From: an uncultured Thiomicrospira sp.
GTDB lineage: Bacteria; Pseudomonadota; Gammaproteobacteria; CAKMZV01
DNA length: 64,000 nucleotides
Reading direction: 5' to 3'
Assembly (NCBI GenBank): GCA_965195345.1
Contig: OZ239628.1
Coordinates: forward strand, 960,001-1,024,000
Notes under the pieces: model-generated
What the model saw: only the letters and a program-made list of their open reading frames with translations
What the model was told of the DNA's origin: nothing
The model's database searches: none
Translations under genes and position numbers: made by a program
In this document: positions 21,410-32,520 of the stretch, one piece after another
How positions within the stretch are numbered: the stretch's first letter is position 1
Layout of the letters: the number at the start of each line of letters is the position of its first letter

Positions 21410-22925
21410 TTTTTTGAGCCTTTTCTTTTTGTTTGCGAGCGGCTTCCTTTGCTCTTTCTATTGCTGACTGATTGGGCTTTGTAATGCCTTTGCTTTGCAA
21501 TAATGACCGAGCAATTTTTTTCTTTTCTTCGATTTTTTTTAGTCGCTCAGTTTCAATTTTAGCCAGCCGATCTTCACGCGTATCAAATCGTGCTTTTGCA
21601 TGTTCAACACGCTCCTTCACTAAGCGATTTTGGTGAATTCTTTGTTTGGCTATTTGGTAAGTTTCGACTAATGAAATGTGACTGGGACAAACATATTCAC
21701 AACATCCGCATTCGATGCAATCGAATAATCCATGTTGAACCAGTTTCTCTTCGATTTCTGCCTCACGAAAATAAAATAATTGTTGCGGCAATAATCCTAC
21801 TGGACATACTTGATCGCATGCGCCACAACGAATGCAGGGGCGAGAGTCTATCTCGGAATCGTTGTTTAACTTAAAAATAGCGTGTGTGGTATGCTCTATA
21901 GGCATCAATGCATTAGCTATTTTACGCCCCATCATTAATCCACCAAAAAGAATATCGTTTGGATTAAATGATTGATCAATTGATGCTAAAAATTCTTTTA
22001 AAGGAGTGCCTAAAGGAACTCGACAATTTAAAACGTGCTGCGTAGTCATATCAACAAAACTTAACATACGCCATTGAATGGGAGCGCTGTTTGCAAACAA
22101 GTTATATACTGAAAAACATGTGGAAACGTTAAAGGTAACGCGATTTAAATCAGAAATATGTTTGCCTTTAGGAATCTCATCATTAAAAATAACTTTGTTG
22201 ATGGACTTTTCACTACCTAAGGGGTAAATGTTTGAAAAGAAAGTGAGGATCGTTTGTTTTATTAGAGGAGTAGATGCCACTTTAATAGACTCTTGCAATG
22301 CTTTTCTTGCTTCACTTGCATCCTCTTCTAAAGCTATATGCAATTGATTGGCATCAACTGCTAATGCTAGTATGTTTAAACCAACCAAACACTCGTATGG
22401 GTAGAGTCTCAATAACACATCATCGCAACCCACTAAAGGTTCACATTCAATCGCATTCATGATGACAGAGTCAACTTTTTTAGACAATTTTAAGTGCGTG
22501 GGGTAACCCGCTCCGCCCATCCCCACTAATCCAGACTCATAAATACGGTTTTTGATGGTGTCTTTATCAATAGTATTAATATTTAATTTTGTATTGACGT
22601 TTTGAGTTAGTTGTTGCTTTTCTGCCAAATGAAATACAACAAAACGATCGTTATTGATTTCAAATACTTTTCCGATTATTCCTGCAAAAGGAGCAACTAC
22701 GGGAGCCATTTTTTGCAATGGGTCAAATTGTATTAATTGACCAGATTCAGCAGGCTGACCTTCATCAAGGCAACGAATGGAAGCAATATTATTATGTAAG
22801 CGTAAGTGGATAAATTTTGGTGGAGGTATGTTTTTAACTTTTCCTTCAAAATACGCATCCAATTCAAAAGACAAACCTTGACTAATTGAATTTTTCCATT
22901 GGTTAAAGTGGCGAAAAAAGCGCAT
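21399..22925 (-). CDS. rnfC: Rnf complex subunit C
   Basis: GMGGAGYPT, NAIECEP, two CxxCxxCxxxCP clusters. Confidence 0.9.
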   Translation of the reverse strand: MRFFRHFNQWKNSISQGLSFELDAYFEGKVKNIPPPKFIHLRLHNNIASIRCLDEGQPAESGQLIQFDPLQKMAPVVAPFAGIIGKVFEINNDRFVVFHLAEKQQLTQNVNTKLNINTIDKDTIKNRIYESGLVGMGGAGYPTHLKLSKKVDSVIMNAIECEPLVGCDDVLLRLYPYECLVGLNILALAVDANQLHIALEEDASEARKALQESIKVASTPLIKQTILTFFSNIYPLGSEKSINKVIFNDEIPKGKHISDLNRVTFNVSTCFSVYNLFANSAPIQWRMLSFVDMTTQHVLNCRVPLGTPLKEFLASIDQSFNPNDILFGGLMMGRKIANALMPIEHTTHAIFKLNNDSEIDSRPCIRCGACDQVCPVGLLPQQLFYFREAEIEEKLVQHGLFDCIECGCCEYVCPSHISLVETYQIAKQRIHQNRLVKERVEHAKARFDTREDRLAKIETERLKKIEEKKKIARSLLQSKGITKPNQSAIERAKEAARKQKEKAQKNAK

Positions 22926-22930
22926 AGATA

Positions 22931-23431
22931 TTAATTTTTTTTCAATCGTTCAACTAAAGGAATCATATCAATACAGTCAACTGGACAGACAGGAATGCAG
23001 AGTTCACAGCCTGTACACTCTTGCTTGATTACGGTGTGCATTTGTTTTGTTGCTCCCAGTATTGCATCAACTGGACACGCTTTAATACATAGTACGCAAC
23101 CAATGCATCTGGCTTCGTCAATAATTGCTACTTGCTCCGGTTTTTTTTCTGTAGCTAGAGGAATAGGTTCACGACCGAGCAATTCTGCTAATGCAATAAC
23201 AGTTTTCCCCCCACCGGGAGGGCATAAGTTAATGTCTGCCTCTCCTTCACTAATCGCTTTAGCGTAAGGGCGGCATCCTGGATAGTTGCATTGACCACAT
23301 TGCGTTTGTGGCAATAAAGCATCTATTTGATCAATTAATGGGTCATCGTCGCGATAAAATCGTTTAGAAATTAAATAAAGTGCCAATGCTAGAAAAAATC
23401 CTAATAACACTAAAAATATAAAAGTTGTCAT
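22931..23431 (-). CDS. rnfB: Rnf complex subunit B
   Basis: [19 protein letters not shown], two ferredoxin motifs; likely start MTTF at 23431. Confidence 0.9.
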   Translation of the reverse strand: MTTFIFLVLLGFFLALALYLISKRFYRDDDPLIDQIDALLPQTQCGQCNYPGCRPYAKAISEGEADINLCPPGGGKTVIALAELLGREPIPLATEKKPEQVAIIDEARCIGCVLCIKACPVDAILGATKQMHTVIKQECTGCELCIPVCPVDCIDMIPLVERLKKN

Positions 23432-23453
23432 TTGGTATAAATTTATATGAGAA

Positions 23454-24038
23454 TCATGCAATTCCTGCAAAGCCCATAAAAGCAATTGACATTATTCCTG
23501 CGATAATAAAAGCGATTGGTGCTCCTCTAAAAGATTGCGGTATATCTGCTAACTCTACGCGCTCTCGTATCCCTGAAAAAAGCATTAAAACAATAGAAAA
23601 ACCTAATGCAGCGCCAAGCCCATATATAGCTGCTTCTAAAAGTGTTTCGGTGGATGCAGTATTGAGCAATGCTACACCAAGAACAGCACAATTTGTTGTT
23701 ATAAGCGGTAGATAAATACCTAACATTTGATACAAGGCGGGTTGCAATCGATACATGATTATTTCAGTACTCGCAACCATTGATGCAATGATTACAATAA
23801 AACTGATAGTTTTCAAATATTCAATCTCTAATGGGACGAGTAGGTATTTGAAAACGAGATAGCTTGCGCATGAGGAAAGTGTTAATACAAAGCCAGTAGC
23901 AAGACTCATACCCAATGCCATCTCAGGTTTGCGTGATGCGCCCATGAATGGACACAAGCCAAGAAACTGAGTTAATACGTAATTATTAACAAAAACAGTA
24001 CTAATGAGAATTAATGCAAATTGGTTAAATGGTTCCAT
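23454..24038 (-). CDS. rnfA: Rnf complex subunit A
   Basis: [21 protein letters not shown]. Confidence 0.93.
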   Translation of the reverse strand: MEPFNQFALILISTVFVNNYVLTQFLGLCPFMGASRKPEMALGMSLATGFVLTLSSCASYLVFKYLLVPLEIEYLKTISFIVIIASMVASTEIIMYRLQPALYQMLGIYLPLITTNCAVLGVALLNTASTETLLEAAIYGLGAALGFSIVLMLFSGIRERVELADIPQSFRGAPIAFIIAGIMSIAFMGFAGIA

Positions 24039-24044
24039 GAGTAA

Positions 24045-26093
24045 TCAACTTATTTTTAGACCAGCATATGCATCGTCTTTATCTGGTTTTAATAACCATA
24101 GGCTTTTTTTATCCGCAGCTGTCAAAACCATTCCTTCTGAAGTGCCAAAGCGCATTTTTCGCGGCTGTAGATTGGCAACATAGACGGTATAAGTACCAAG
24201 TATAGACTCGGGATCGTACCATTTCTTTATTCCAGAAAAGACGGTTTTTTGACCTAATTCGCCAACGTCAAGGGTAAGTTGGAGTAGCTTATCTGAATCT
24301 TCAACGGCTTTTGCTTGAATTATTTTAGCCAATCTCAAGTCTAGCTTAGAGAAATCTTCAATCCCGATAAGCTTTTTGTCATCCATTTTTTTATCAAGAT
24401 GTGAATTGTAACTAGTATTGACTGGTTTAACGCTCTGCTTACTATCATTGATAATACGCTGTATAGATATTTCTTCAATCCTTGAAAGAAGAGGGGTGAA
24501 TTCATTTATTTTGTGATTTTCTTCTAAATGATTTTCAATATTCGAAAAAGTAAGATTTTTAACATTCAAAAATGATTCAGCTCTGGATGTAAGGCAGGGC
24601 AATATGGGTTTTAAATAGATCATTAGGAAATAAAATAGATGAATACCCATGCTGCAACTTTCATGCAGTTTTCCCACATTTTCGGGTGATTTGGCTAGTT
24701 CCCACGGTTTGTGTGTGTCAATATATTGATTGGTTTTATCGGCAAGGAGCATGATGGTTTTTATGGCACTGGCAGTATCATTTCTTTCATAACACTGTTC
24801 GATGGTATCACGCGATTTTTGGAATGCCGAAATCAACTCTAAATCTATTGCATTGGTCAGCTTTCCTTCAAAGCGTTTATTAATGAATCCAGCACAACGG
24901 CTAGCGATATTAACCACTTTGCCTATTAAATCAGCATTAACTTTGGTAATCAGGTCTTCCAAATTTAAGTCAATATCCTCAACCTTCCCATTGAGTTTGG
25001 ATGCAAAATAGTATCGTAAATATTCGGGGTCAAGGTGCTTCAAATAGGTTTTTGCCTGTATAAATGTTCCTCTCGACTTTGACATTTTTTTGCCATTGAT
25101 GGTTAAAAATCCATGCGCATGTATTTTAGTAGGGAGGCGGTAGCCTGCGCCATGCAACATAGCAGGCCAAAATAACGCGTGGAAATAGACAATATCTTTG
25201 CCAATAAAATGATGAAGCTCGGTTGTGCTTTTTTCGCCCCACCAGTGTGAGAAGTCAAGCCCTTTTTCATCACATAACTTTTTAAAACTTGCCATATACC
25301 CAATAGGAGCATCTAACCAAACATAAAAGAATTTTTGTCCATTCGTCTCAGGTATTGCAAATCCAAAGTAGGGGGCGTCGCGTGTTATATCCCAAGGACG
25401 CAATCCAGAATTAAACCATTCATTCAATTTATTCGAAATTTCACGTTGTAGATGATCGTTAGACGTGGTCCAATTTTGCAAGAATTTACTAAATTTGGGC
25501 AAATCAAAGAAATAATGCGAAGATGGACGCATGATTGGTTTTTCTCCTGACACGGCTGACACGGGATCAATCAATTCACTGGAGTCGTAAGTTGAAGAGC
25601 AAACTTCGCAATTATCACCGTATTGATTTTGAGCCTTGCATTTAGGGCAAGTTCCTTTTATATAACGATCTGGGAGGAATAAATTTTCTTTTTCATCATA
25701 AGCCTGATCTATGTCACGCTGATCAATGTAACCTGCCTTCTTCAGAGTAAGAAAAATCGATTCTGAAAAAGTTTGATTTTCTTTTGAGTGTGTACTGTGA
25801 TAGCAGTCGAAATCGATATTAAAAGCAGCAAAGTCTTGTTGATGATCTAAGGATACTTCCTTGATCAATTCTTCTGGTGAAACATTAAGATCCTTCGCTT
25901 TGAGCATAATGGCAGTGCCATGTGCATCATCGGCACAAACATAATAGCAAGAATTATTGTTAAGTTTTTGAAATCGCACCCAAATATCTGTTTGTATATA
26001 TTCGACCAAGTGCCCCAAATGAATTTGACCGTTAGCGTAAGGCAATGCGCTTGTTACTAGAATTTCTCTTTTTTTCTTAGCCATAATATACAC
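24045..26093 (-). CDS. metG: Methionine--tRNA ligase
   Basis: ALPYANGQIHLGH, YVWLDAPIGY, KMSKS, C-terminal tRNA-binding domain. Confidence 0.97.
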   Translation of the reverse strand: MYIMAKKKREILVTSALPYANGQIHLGHLVEYIQTDIWVRFQKLNNNSCYYVCADDAHGTAIMLKAKDLNVSPEELIKEVSLDHQQDFAAFNIDFDCYHSTHSKENQTFSESIFLTLKKAGYIDQRDIDQAYDEKENLFLPDRYIKGTCPKCKAQNQYGDNCEVCSSTYDSSELIDPVSAVSGEKPIMRPSSHYFFDLPKFSKFLQNWTTSNDHLQREISNKLNEWFNSGLRPWDITRDAPYFGFAIPETNGQKFFYVWLDAPIGYMASFKKLCDEKGLDFSHWWGEKSTTELHHFIGKDIVYFHALFWPAMLHGAGYRLPTKIHAHGFLTINGKKMSKSRGTFIQAKTYLKHLDPEYLRYYFASKLNGKVEDIDLNLEDLITKVNADLIGKVVNIASRCAGFINKRFEGKLTNAIDLELISAFQKSRDTIEQCYERNDTASAIKTIMLLADKTNQYIDTHKPWELAKSPENVGKLHESCSMGIHLFYFLMIYLKPILPCLTSRAESFLNVKNLTFSNIENHLEENHKINEFTPLLSRIEEISIQRIINDSKQSVKPVNTSYNSHLDKKMDDKKLIGIEDFSKLDLRLAKIIQAKAVEDSDKLLQLTLDVGELGQKTVFSGIKKWYDPESILGTYTVYVANLQPRKMRFGTSEGMVLTAADKKSLWLLKPDKDDAYAGLKIS

Positions 26094-26348
26094 TTAGATG
26101 ATATTTATTTCGTTGTTGAATGCCTGATTAGATATTTTCTTTTGCATTAAAATGCTTGGATATTTAACACTACGACTTTCACTCTAATTATAGTCTATTA
26201 AAGGATTACAATGCCCTTACTATCTGTATTGTTTGTTAATATGCCCCTGTTATTATTTAAGGCATGAGAAAACTTGAATTGTGAGAGTTTCTATCATTTT
26301 CTAGGAATGCGTTTTGCGTAATGCTGTTGTTAGTATCTTGTAAAAGCT

Positions 26349-26690
26349 TTGCTGGAAATACAGACAACGAATCTTGCTAGAGATGGAGTGAGTTCTTTAG
26401 ATTACACACTACTCAATGCAGAATTCGTTACCGATGCAGGTTTCTTGATAGGTTTTGGATATGGCATTGGAGGAGTAGCCTCAAGAGGATTATATAATGT
26501 GGCAGGAAGGCAAGCTGCAGGTTTTAGTATAGGATATGCACAACTTGGCAAAGGAGTTCAGTATGCATTCCTCTATACTCATAGAAGATTAAGGACAAGG
26601 TTAGACGAACAATATTTCATGGCGGATACAAACGCTACGTTCGAGATTGATACTTCTGGGTATGAATTTGAGATTGGTTACGGTTTCTAA
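26349..26690 (+). pseudogene. 5'-truncated paralog of the downstream outer-membrane beta-barrel gene
   Basis: No ATG start or signal peptide; DYTLLNAEF..AGFLIG and EFEIGYGF align with 26847-27422. Confidence 0.55.
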
Positions 26691-26846
26691 CGTTCAATAA
26701 ATTAAACAGTGTTAGGTATTGGCTACATTCAATTACTTTAGAGTTGATAAAACGTTTCAAGCGAAGCGCTCTTAACAAATATTAACTTTCTAATGTTCTT
26801 GGTATGATAGAATATTTTTTTAATTATTTATTAATAGGAATATTTA

Positions 26847-27422
26847 ATGTCTAATGGAAAAATAATAAAAAATCTCTTTTTAAGGGGGGTGTCATTAATG
26901 TTGCTGATTTCTCCTTTTGGGGCTTATGCTGGGAACGACAATTATTCAGGATTTACTGTTGCCATAGCACCATTGTTATTAGGCAATGTTAACAGAACAA
27001 TTGAAGGAAATGGTGACTCAGAACGTCAGATAGCATCTACAGAGTCAACACCATTTTCTATTAAAGCGGGTTATAAATTTAAATATTGGCGCCTATATGC
27101 TTCGCATTCAACAAATATTTCTTCAGGGGTTGTAACAGATGTTAATTACACACTAATTAACGCTGATTATGTATCTAATGGAGGGTTTGTGGTTGGTCTT
27201 GGAGTAGGGACAGGGAATTATTCCGCCAGTGATTCAACTGGGAGTCAATCAGGTACGGCTACTTCTTTTCAGATTGGATATGGGGTTTTTGAACAGCAGA
27301 ATGCCTTTCAATGGGCTGTTTTACTTGTTGGCAGAACTTTGAGTTCAGATGTAGATAATATAAATGCTAAGCTGGAATTTGGCTTAACAGGTTTGGACTT
27401 TGAGTTAGGTTATGGGTTCTAA
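26847..27422 (+). CDS. Putative small outer-membrane beta-barrel protein
   Basis: Signal peptide ending AYA, alternating beta-strand pattern, C-terminal ELGYGF (BAM-type terminal Phe). Confidence 0.7.
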   Translation: MSNGKIIKNLFLRGVSLMLLISPFGAYAGNDNYSGFTVAIAPLLLGNVNRTIEGNGDSERQIASTESTPFSIKAGYKFKYWRLYASHSTNISSGVVTDVNYTLINADYVSNGGFVVGLGVGTGNYSASDSTGSQSGTATSFQIGYGVFEQQNAFQWAVLLVGRTLSSDVDNINAKLEFGLTGLDFELGYGF

Positions 27423-27448
27423 CGGTCAATAAATTAAACATTGTTGTT

Positions 27449-27565
27449 TATGTGCTTCACATTCAACTGATATTTCTTCAGGGGTTTGGACAGGTTTGAG
27501 TGTACGCTAACTGAATACCGATTTATGTGTTGTATGAAGGATTTTTGAAGGTTTAGGGTAGGGAT
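27449..27565 (+). pseudogene. Degenerate third copy of the beta-barrel gene (internal fragment)
   Basis: cattcaactgatatttcttcaggggtt closely matches cattcaacaaatatttcttcaggggtt at about 27105-27131; weaker similarity continues to agtaggga/ggtaggga. Confidence 0.6.
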
Positions 27566-27761
27566 ATCCTCTATCCAACCAAAGGTCAGTCGCTTGTGGC
27601 TTTTAATTTTTAAGAAAATAACTCTAAACTCTTAAAGTTGAAGAGTCCAATGTGTGGAGTTACAGCAAAAAAGTTAATTCCGTCCTACGAGATTTCCAAT
27701 ACGCATATTGGGGATATAATGCATAGAAATAACACAACATGCCTTTGCGCAATAGTTAACA

Positions 27762-28472
27762 ATGATTGGTTCTGCTTTTTTTTACTTTTTTTGGTTTCTA
27801 CTTACACTCATATTCGGCACGCTTTCGTTATTTCTTTGGCCATTGTCTAGGCGAAATCGCTATGGCATCGTTAAATACTGGGCACAATCGGTTACTTTAT
27901 TGCTACGTTTTTGTTGTGGCTTATCCTATCAAATTACTGGTCAAGAGAATATGCCAAAGAATCAAGGGTATATTGTTATATCAAATCATCAGTCAGTGTG
28001 GGAAACGCTGGTTTTTCAGAAAATATTTCAATGGCCTGTTTTTCTACTAAAGCGTGAATTGTTGTGGATTCCTTTTTTTGGCTATGGTCTTGCCATGACT
28101 TGGCCAATTAAAATAGATCGCTCAAAAAGAGGAAATGCGCTAAAGACACTTTTGTTTGAAGGAAAAAAGAGATTAGAAAATGGTGCAAATGTTATCATTT
28201 TTCCTGAAGGCACTCGTATCAAGCCTGAAGAAATAGGGGAGTTCAAGTCAGGTGGAGTTCTTTTGGCGAAAAAATGCAATGTGACGATTGTTCCAGTATT
28301 TCATAATGCCGGCACTTTTTGGGGAAAGAATAGTTTTTTAAAAAAAAATGGTTGCGTATCAGTTGTTATAGGAAAACCAATTGATAGTAGTGATATTCCT
28401 GTTAGAGACTTGACAAGTCAACTACAAGACTGGATGCATGAACAACAAGACAAATTAATGAGGCAGAAATGA
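27762..28472 (+). CDS. plsC: 1-acyl-sn-glycerol-3-phosphate acyltransferase
   Basis: NHQS and FPEGTR motifs. Confidence 0.85.
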   Translation: MIGSAFFYFFWFLLTLIFGTLSLFLWPLSRRNRYGIVKYWAQSVTLLLRFCCGLSYQITGQENMPKNQGYIVISNHQSVWETLVFQKIFQWPVFLLKRELLWIPFFGYGLAMTWPIKIDRSKRGNALKTLLFEGKKRLENGANVIIFPEGTRIKPEEIGEFKSGGVLLAKKCNVTIVPVFHNAGTFWGKNSFLKKNGCVSVVIGKPIDSSDIPVRDLTSQLQDWMHEQQDKLMRQK

Positions 28473-29710
28473 TTTTTTTGAATTTCTTTATAGCGGCATT
28501 TATTATTAAAACTTTGGTTTTGATTTATTTGTCTTTCCGACAGCAAAAAGCAGTTCTACGCCACTCAAACTTTGTTCCAAAAGCTTTTGCAGATGCAGTA
28601 AGCATTGAAGAACATTGTAAGGCGGCTGAATATACAGTAGCAAAGCAAAAAATATCCAGAGTTTCCATACTACTTGATGCAGGTATATTGTCTATTTGGT
28701 TGTTATTAGGCGGCTTATCTGCATTGGAACAGTTTCTCCTCACAATGGGTCTTACGAGCAACTCGGTTTTAACGGGACTCGTTGTCATCGGATTATTCAG
28801 TCTAATTAACGTTATTATTGATATGCCTTTAACACTGTACAGTACTTTTGTTTTGGAAGAGCGGTTTGGTTTTAATCGAACTTCAGCACGAACATTTATT
28901 ACTGATATGATTAAAACCTCTTTATTGGGGATTGTTTTAGGAGGAGGTGTTCTTTTCGCAATTCTATATTTGATGGATTGGCTTAAGAACGATTTATGGT
29001 GGCTGTGGGTTTGGTCGCTTCTCGTTGGGTTGAATTTATTTATGATGATTGTTTTTCCCCGTTACATTGCCCCTTTATTTAATAAATTCACATCTATTGA
29101 AGATGGTGAGATGAAGCAAAGAATAGAGGGATTGTTGAAAAAATGCGGCTTTCAAACTGAAGCGGTTTATATTATGGATGGCTCTAAACGCTCGGCTCAC
29201 GGAAACGCTTATTTCACAGGAATAGGGAAAACCAAAAGAGTCGTTTTTTACGACACACTCATTGAAAAATTAACACCCTCACAAATTGAAGCAGTGCTTG
29301 CGCATGAGTTGGGGCATTACGCACTAAAGCATATTCCTCGTCTTATGTTTTTTGCTCTTTTAAAAGTTTTTTTAGGGCTTTGGCTGCTTGACACTCTTTT
29401 GAAGGCTGATTGGTTTTACAGTGCATTTGAGTTGACGCAGACGAACTACAATGCGTTGTTGTTGTTTGTTTTGGTATTGCCCGCGTTTACTTTTTTCATT
29501 CAACCCATTTCAAACTTATTAAATAGAAAGTTTGAATTTGAAGCCGATGCCTATGCAGTTGAACGAACCAATGGTGAAGATTTGCGTAGTTCTTTACTCA
29601 AACTATATGCTGATAATGCCGCCACCTTAACACCCGATGTACTCTATACAATGTGGCACGATTCTCACCCACCTGCATCGCAACGTATTCCTCGTTTGCT
29701 TGATAGGTGA
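28469..29710 (+). CDS. M48 (Ste24/CAAX prenyl protease-like) zinc metalloprotease
   Basis: EERFGFN, NAYFTG, HELGH, EFEAD, SHP. Confidence 0.93.
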   Translation: MIFLNFFIAAFIIKTLVLIYLSFRQQKAVLRHSNFVPKAFADAVSIEEHCKAAEYTVAKQKISRVSILLDAGILSIWLLLGGLSALEQFLLTMGLTSNSVLTGLVVIGLFSLINVIIDMPLTLYSTFVLEERFGFNRTSARTFITDMIKTSLLGIVLGGGVLFAILYLMDWLKNDLWWLWVWSLLVGLNLFMMIVFPRYIAPLFNKFTSIEDGEMKQRIEGLLKKCGFQTEAVYIMDGSKRSAHGNAYFTGIGKTKRVVFYDTLIEKLTPSQIEAVLAHELGHYALKHIPRLMFFALLKVFLGLWLLDTLLKADWFYSAFELTQTNYNALLLFVLVLPAFTFFIQPISNLLNRKFEFEADAYAVERTNGEDLRSSLLKLYADNAATLTPDVLYTMWHDSHPPASQRIPRLLDR

Positions 29711-31191
29711 GACTAGAAATGAATACGGTTTTTTGGTATGATTTAGAGACTTTTGGTAATGTTCCTCATAATGCTAGAATTGCCCAAGTTGCAGGCGTTA
29801 GAACCAATTTGGAATTGGAGGAAATTGAGCCTCCTCTGAACTTTTTAGTGAAATTAAGTGATGATTGGTTGGCAGATCCTATCTCCAGTGCTATTACTGG
29901 AATTACACCTCAAAGATGTTTCGAACAAGGTCTTTATGAAGCGGAAGGGCTACAGAAATTGCTTCATGAAATCACACAGAAAGGAACTATTTTAGCGGGT
30001 TATAACAGCAGTCGATTTGATGATGTAATTGTTAGTTTTAGCAATTATCGTAATGGATTAGAACCGTATCCTGTTTCGGTTAAATACCAAAATTCTCGGT
30101 GGGATTTAATTGATGCTTTGCGTTTGGCGTATGGCATTAGACCCCAAGGTATTGAATGGCCACTTAATCAAGAAAATAACGTTAGTTTTCGACTTGAAGA
30201 CCTTGCGCGTGCCAATGGGATTTCACAAGACAAGGCGCATGATGCTTTATGGGATGTAAAGGCAACTATTGGTTTAGCTAAGAAATTAAAACAAGCACAA
30301 CCTAAATTATTTGAATACTTGATTCAAGGTGCAACGTCCGAAAGCATGCTAGCTAAACGTTTGGATTATGATCTATTTGAAGGCGATTTTCACCAAAATT
30401 CACAGCCGGTCGTATGGGGTTCAGGCAGTGCTAGTGCTGAAAATAAGCGGTGTTTTGTTGTTTTGCCTTTGGCAAAACAACATCAAATGAAAAAGCACAT
30501 TGTTACTTGGGATTTACGCAATGATCCAAGCGTGCTTGATGACATAGGCGTTGAGGAGATATATGAGCGAATGTTTTCTACTAATGCTGAGTTGAAGCAA
30601 AAGAACTTAACTCGATTGAATGTACCTGTTTTGAAATTAAATAAGGCACCTGCCTTTGCGTTAGCAATGCCTGTTTTGGAACAGCAGGGTGTGTGTGATT
30701 GGTTAAACATTTCATTAGATATGGCGTACGAAAATATGGAGCTATGGAATGAAAATATGCACAGATGGTTGCCGAAGTTACTTGCAACATTTAGTTTAGG
30801 CAATATGCACGAAAGTGATGACGTGGATTTGCAATTGTATTCAGGTTTTATTGGCGACGTAGATAGGAATGAATTAAGCAGAGGGCATGCTCTTGGTTGG
30901 GATAATTCCGAAGTGCAACAATTAAATTTCAGTGATTTGCGGCTCAAGAAAATATGGGCACGCACCCGAGCACGCAATGGGTATCAATTCTTACGTGATA
31001 ATGAAAAGGCGTATTGGAAGCTTTTTGTAAAAAAACAACTTTTACGGGAAGACAGAGGACGTACGTCGGTCAAACATTACCACGCGTTATGTGAATCTGT
31101 ATTGCAAAGTTACCCCAATGCAAGCAATTCGATGTCAGATTTAATTAAATATTTCAAAATGTTAACTGAAAAATATGAAGTTAATATATAG
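29707..31191 (+). CDS. sbcB: Exodeoxyribonuclease I
   Basis: YDLETFG, GYNSSRFDD, SRWDL, AHDALWDV, QLYSGF. Confidence 0.9.
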   Translation: MRLEMNTVFWYDLETFGNVPHNARIAQVAGVRTNLELEEIEPPLNFLVKLSDDWLADPISSAITGITPQRCFEQGLYEAEGLQKLLHEITQKGTILAGYNSSRFDDVIVSFSNYRNGLEPYPVSVKYQNSRWDLIDALRLAYGIRPQGIEWPLNQENNVSFRLEDLARANGISQDKAHDALWDVKATIGLAKKLKQAQPKLFEYLIQGATSESMLAKRLDYDLFEGDFHQNSQPVVWGSGSASAENKRCFVVLPLAKQHQMKKHIVTWDLRNDPSVLDDIGVEEIYERMFSTNAELKQKNLTRLNVPVLKLNKAPAFALAMPVLEQQGVCDWLNISLDMAYENMELWNENMHRWLPKLLATFSLGNMHESDDVDLQLYSGFIGDVDRNELSRGHALGWDNSEVQQLNFSDLRLKKIWARTRARNGYQFLRDNEKAYWKLFVKKQLLREDRGRTSVKHYHALCESVLQSYPNASNSMSDLIKYFKMLTEKYEVNI

Positions 31192-31339
31192 ACTTCACAG
31201 GGAATATTTTTATAAAATGCGATAATCATATCATCTAATTTGTTCCTCAAAAGTTGCTAGAATTAGAGCTTTAGTGTAAAGTGTCCGTTCTAATTTTAAT
31301 TAATAAATGTAACTTAACTGGTTTTTAACAGGAGGAACT

Positions 31340-32437
31340 ATGAATAAGTTTTTAAAAATTGTACTACTTGGTTTTGCCGCGATCTCATTCGCAGCACAAG
31401 CTAAGAATGTTACTATAAAAGTACAGTCAGTATTGCCGACTAAAGCTGACGAAGTGGTTATGTTGAAGGACTTTGCTAGCAATGTCTTTGAACTGACAAA
31501 TGGTAGTGTCAAGATTGAAGTGCTGCCAGCAGGTGCTGTTGTAGGTGTAAAAGAAACACTTGAGGCAGTGAATAAAGGTTTGGTTGATGGCGGATTCGCA
31601 TGGACGCATTATTGGTCAGGTTACCATCCTGCTGCTGCGTTATTTGGGTCTCCGGTTGCTGGTGCAGGTGTTGGTATTGATAACATCGCTTTCATTTCTT
31701 GGTATATGTTTGGTGGTGGTAAGCCGTTATATAGCCAGCTTTGGACAGAGATGGGAATGGACATCAAAGGCTTAATGTTACAACCCGTTGGACCTGAAGC
31801 ACTTGGTTGGTTTAAAGAGCCTATCAATAGTATGGCGGATTTTCGTAAATATCGCTTCCGTACTCCTCCAGGTATTCCAGGACAAACTTATAAAGATATC
31901 GGTATTGCTGCAGTAGCTATGGGCGGTGGAGACATATTGCCTGCTCTACAAAAAGGTACTATTGATGCGGCTGAATGGTGCTGTCCAAAACCAGATAGTG
32001 TGTTCGGTTTTCAAAAAGTTCTAAAGCATTACTATTTACAAGGTTTGCATCAAGTTGTAGTGAATGCTGACATGTACATCAATGGTAAGGTATGGCGCAG
32101 TCTAACTGATCATCAACGAGCTGCGATGGAAGTAGCTGCTGATGCTTCTCTTATGCGCTCTTTAGCGTATAGGATTTATGAGAATGGAAAAGCTTTGAAA
32201 GATCTTACTGAAAATCATGGCGTTATTTTGCATGACACACCAGCAGATTATTTTCCTTTGTATATGAACGCTGCTAAAGCTTCTCTTCAGAAAAATGCTA
32301 ACAAAAATCCTTTCTTCAAGAAAGTATGGGACTCGCAAAGAAGCTTTGCTGAGATTGCTGTACCTTTTTGGGCAGGGGCTCAAACATCAAATGCTAAACT
32401 TGGTCAAGCGTTTGCTGATGAAATAAAAAATAGATAA
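31340..32437 (+). CDS. TRAP transporter substrate-binding protein (DctP family; probable DHPS-binding HpsK-like)
   Basis: Signal peptide, IEVLPAGAVV, ALQKGTIDAAEW; substrate inferred from operon context. Confidence 0.85.
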   Translation: MNKFLKIVLLGFAAISFAAQAKNVTIKVQSVLPTKADEVVMLKDFASNVFELTNGSVKIEVLPAGAVVGVKETLEAVNKGLVDGGFAWTHYWSGYHPAAALFGSPVAGAGVGIDNIAFISWYMFGGGKPLYSQLWTEMGMDIKGLMLQPVGPEALGWFKEPINSMADFRKYRFRTPPGIPGQTYKDIGIAAVAMGGGDILPALQKGTIDAAEWCCPKPDSVFGFQKVLKHYYLQGLHQVVVNADMYINGKVWRSLTDHQRAAMEVAADASLMRSLAYRIYENGKALKDLTENHGVILHDTPADYFPLYMNAAKASLQKNANKNPFFKKVWDSQRSFAEIAVPFWAGAQTSNAKLGQAFADEIKNR

Positions 32438-32447
32438 GTCAATTCTG

Positions 32448-32486
32448 AAACGGGGATCACCTTGATAGGTGGTTCCCGTTTTTTTT
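32448..32486 (+). terminator. Stem-loop with U-tract after the SBP gene
   Basis: aaacggggatcacct-tgat-aggtggttcccgttt followed by a T run. Confidence 0.75.
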
Positions 32487-32520
32487 AACAACAAATTTTG
32501 AAATATCATGTGGAATATTT

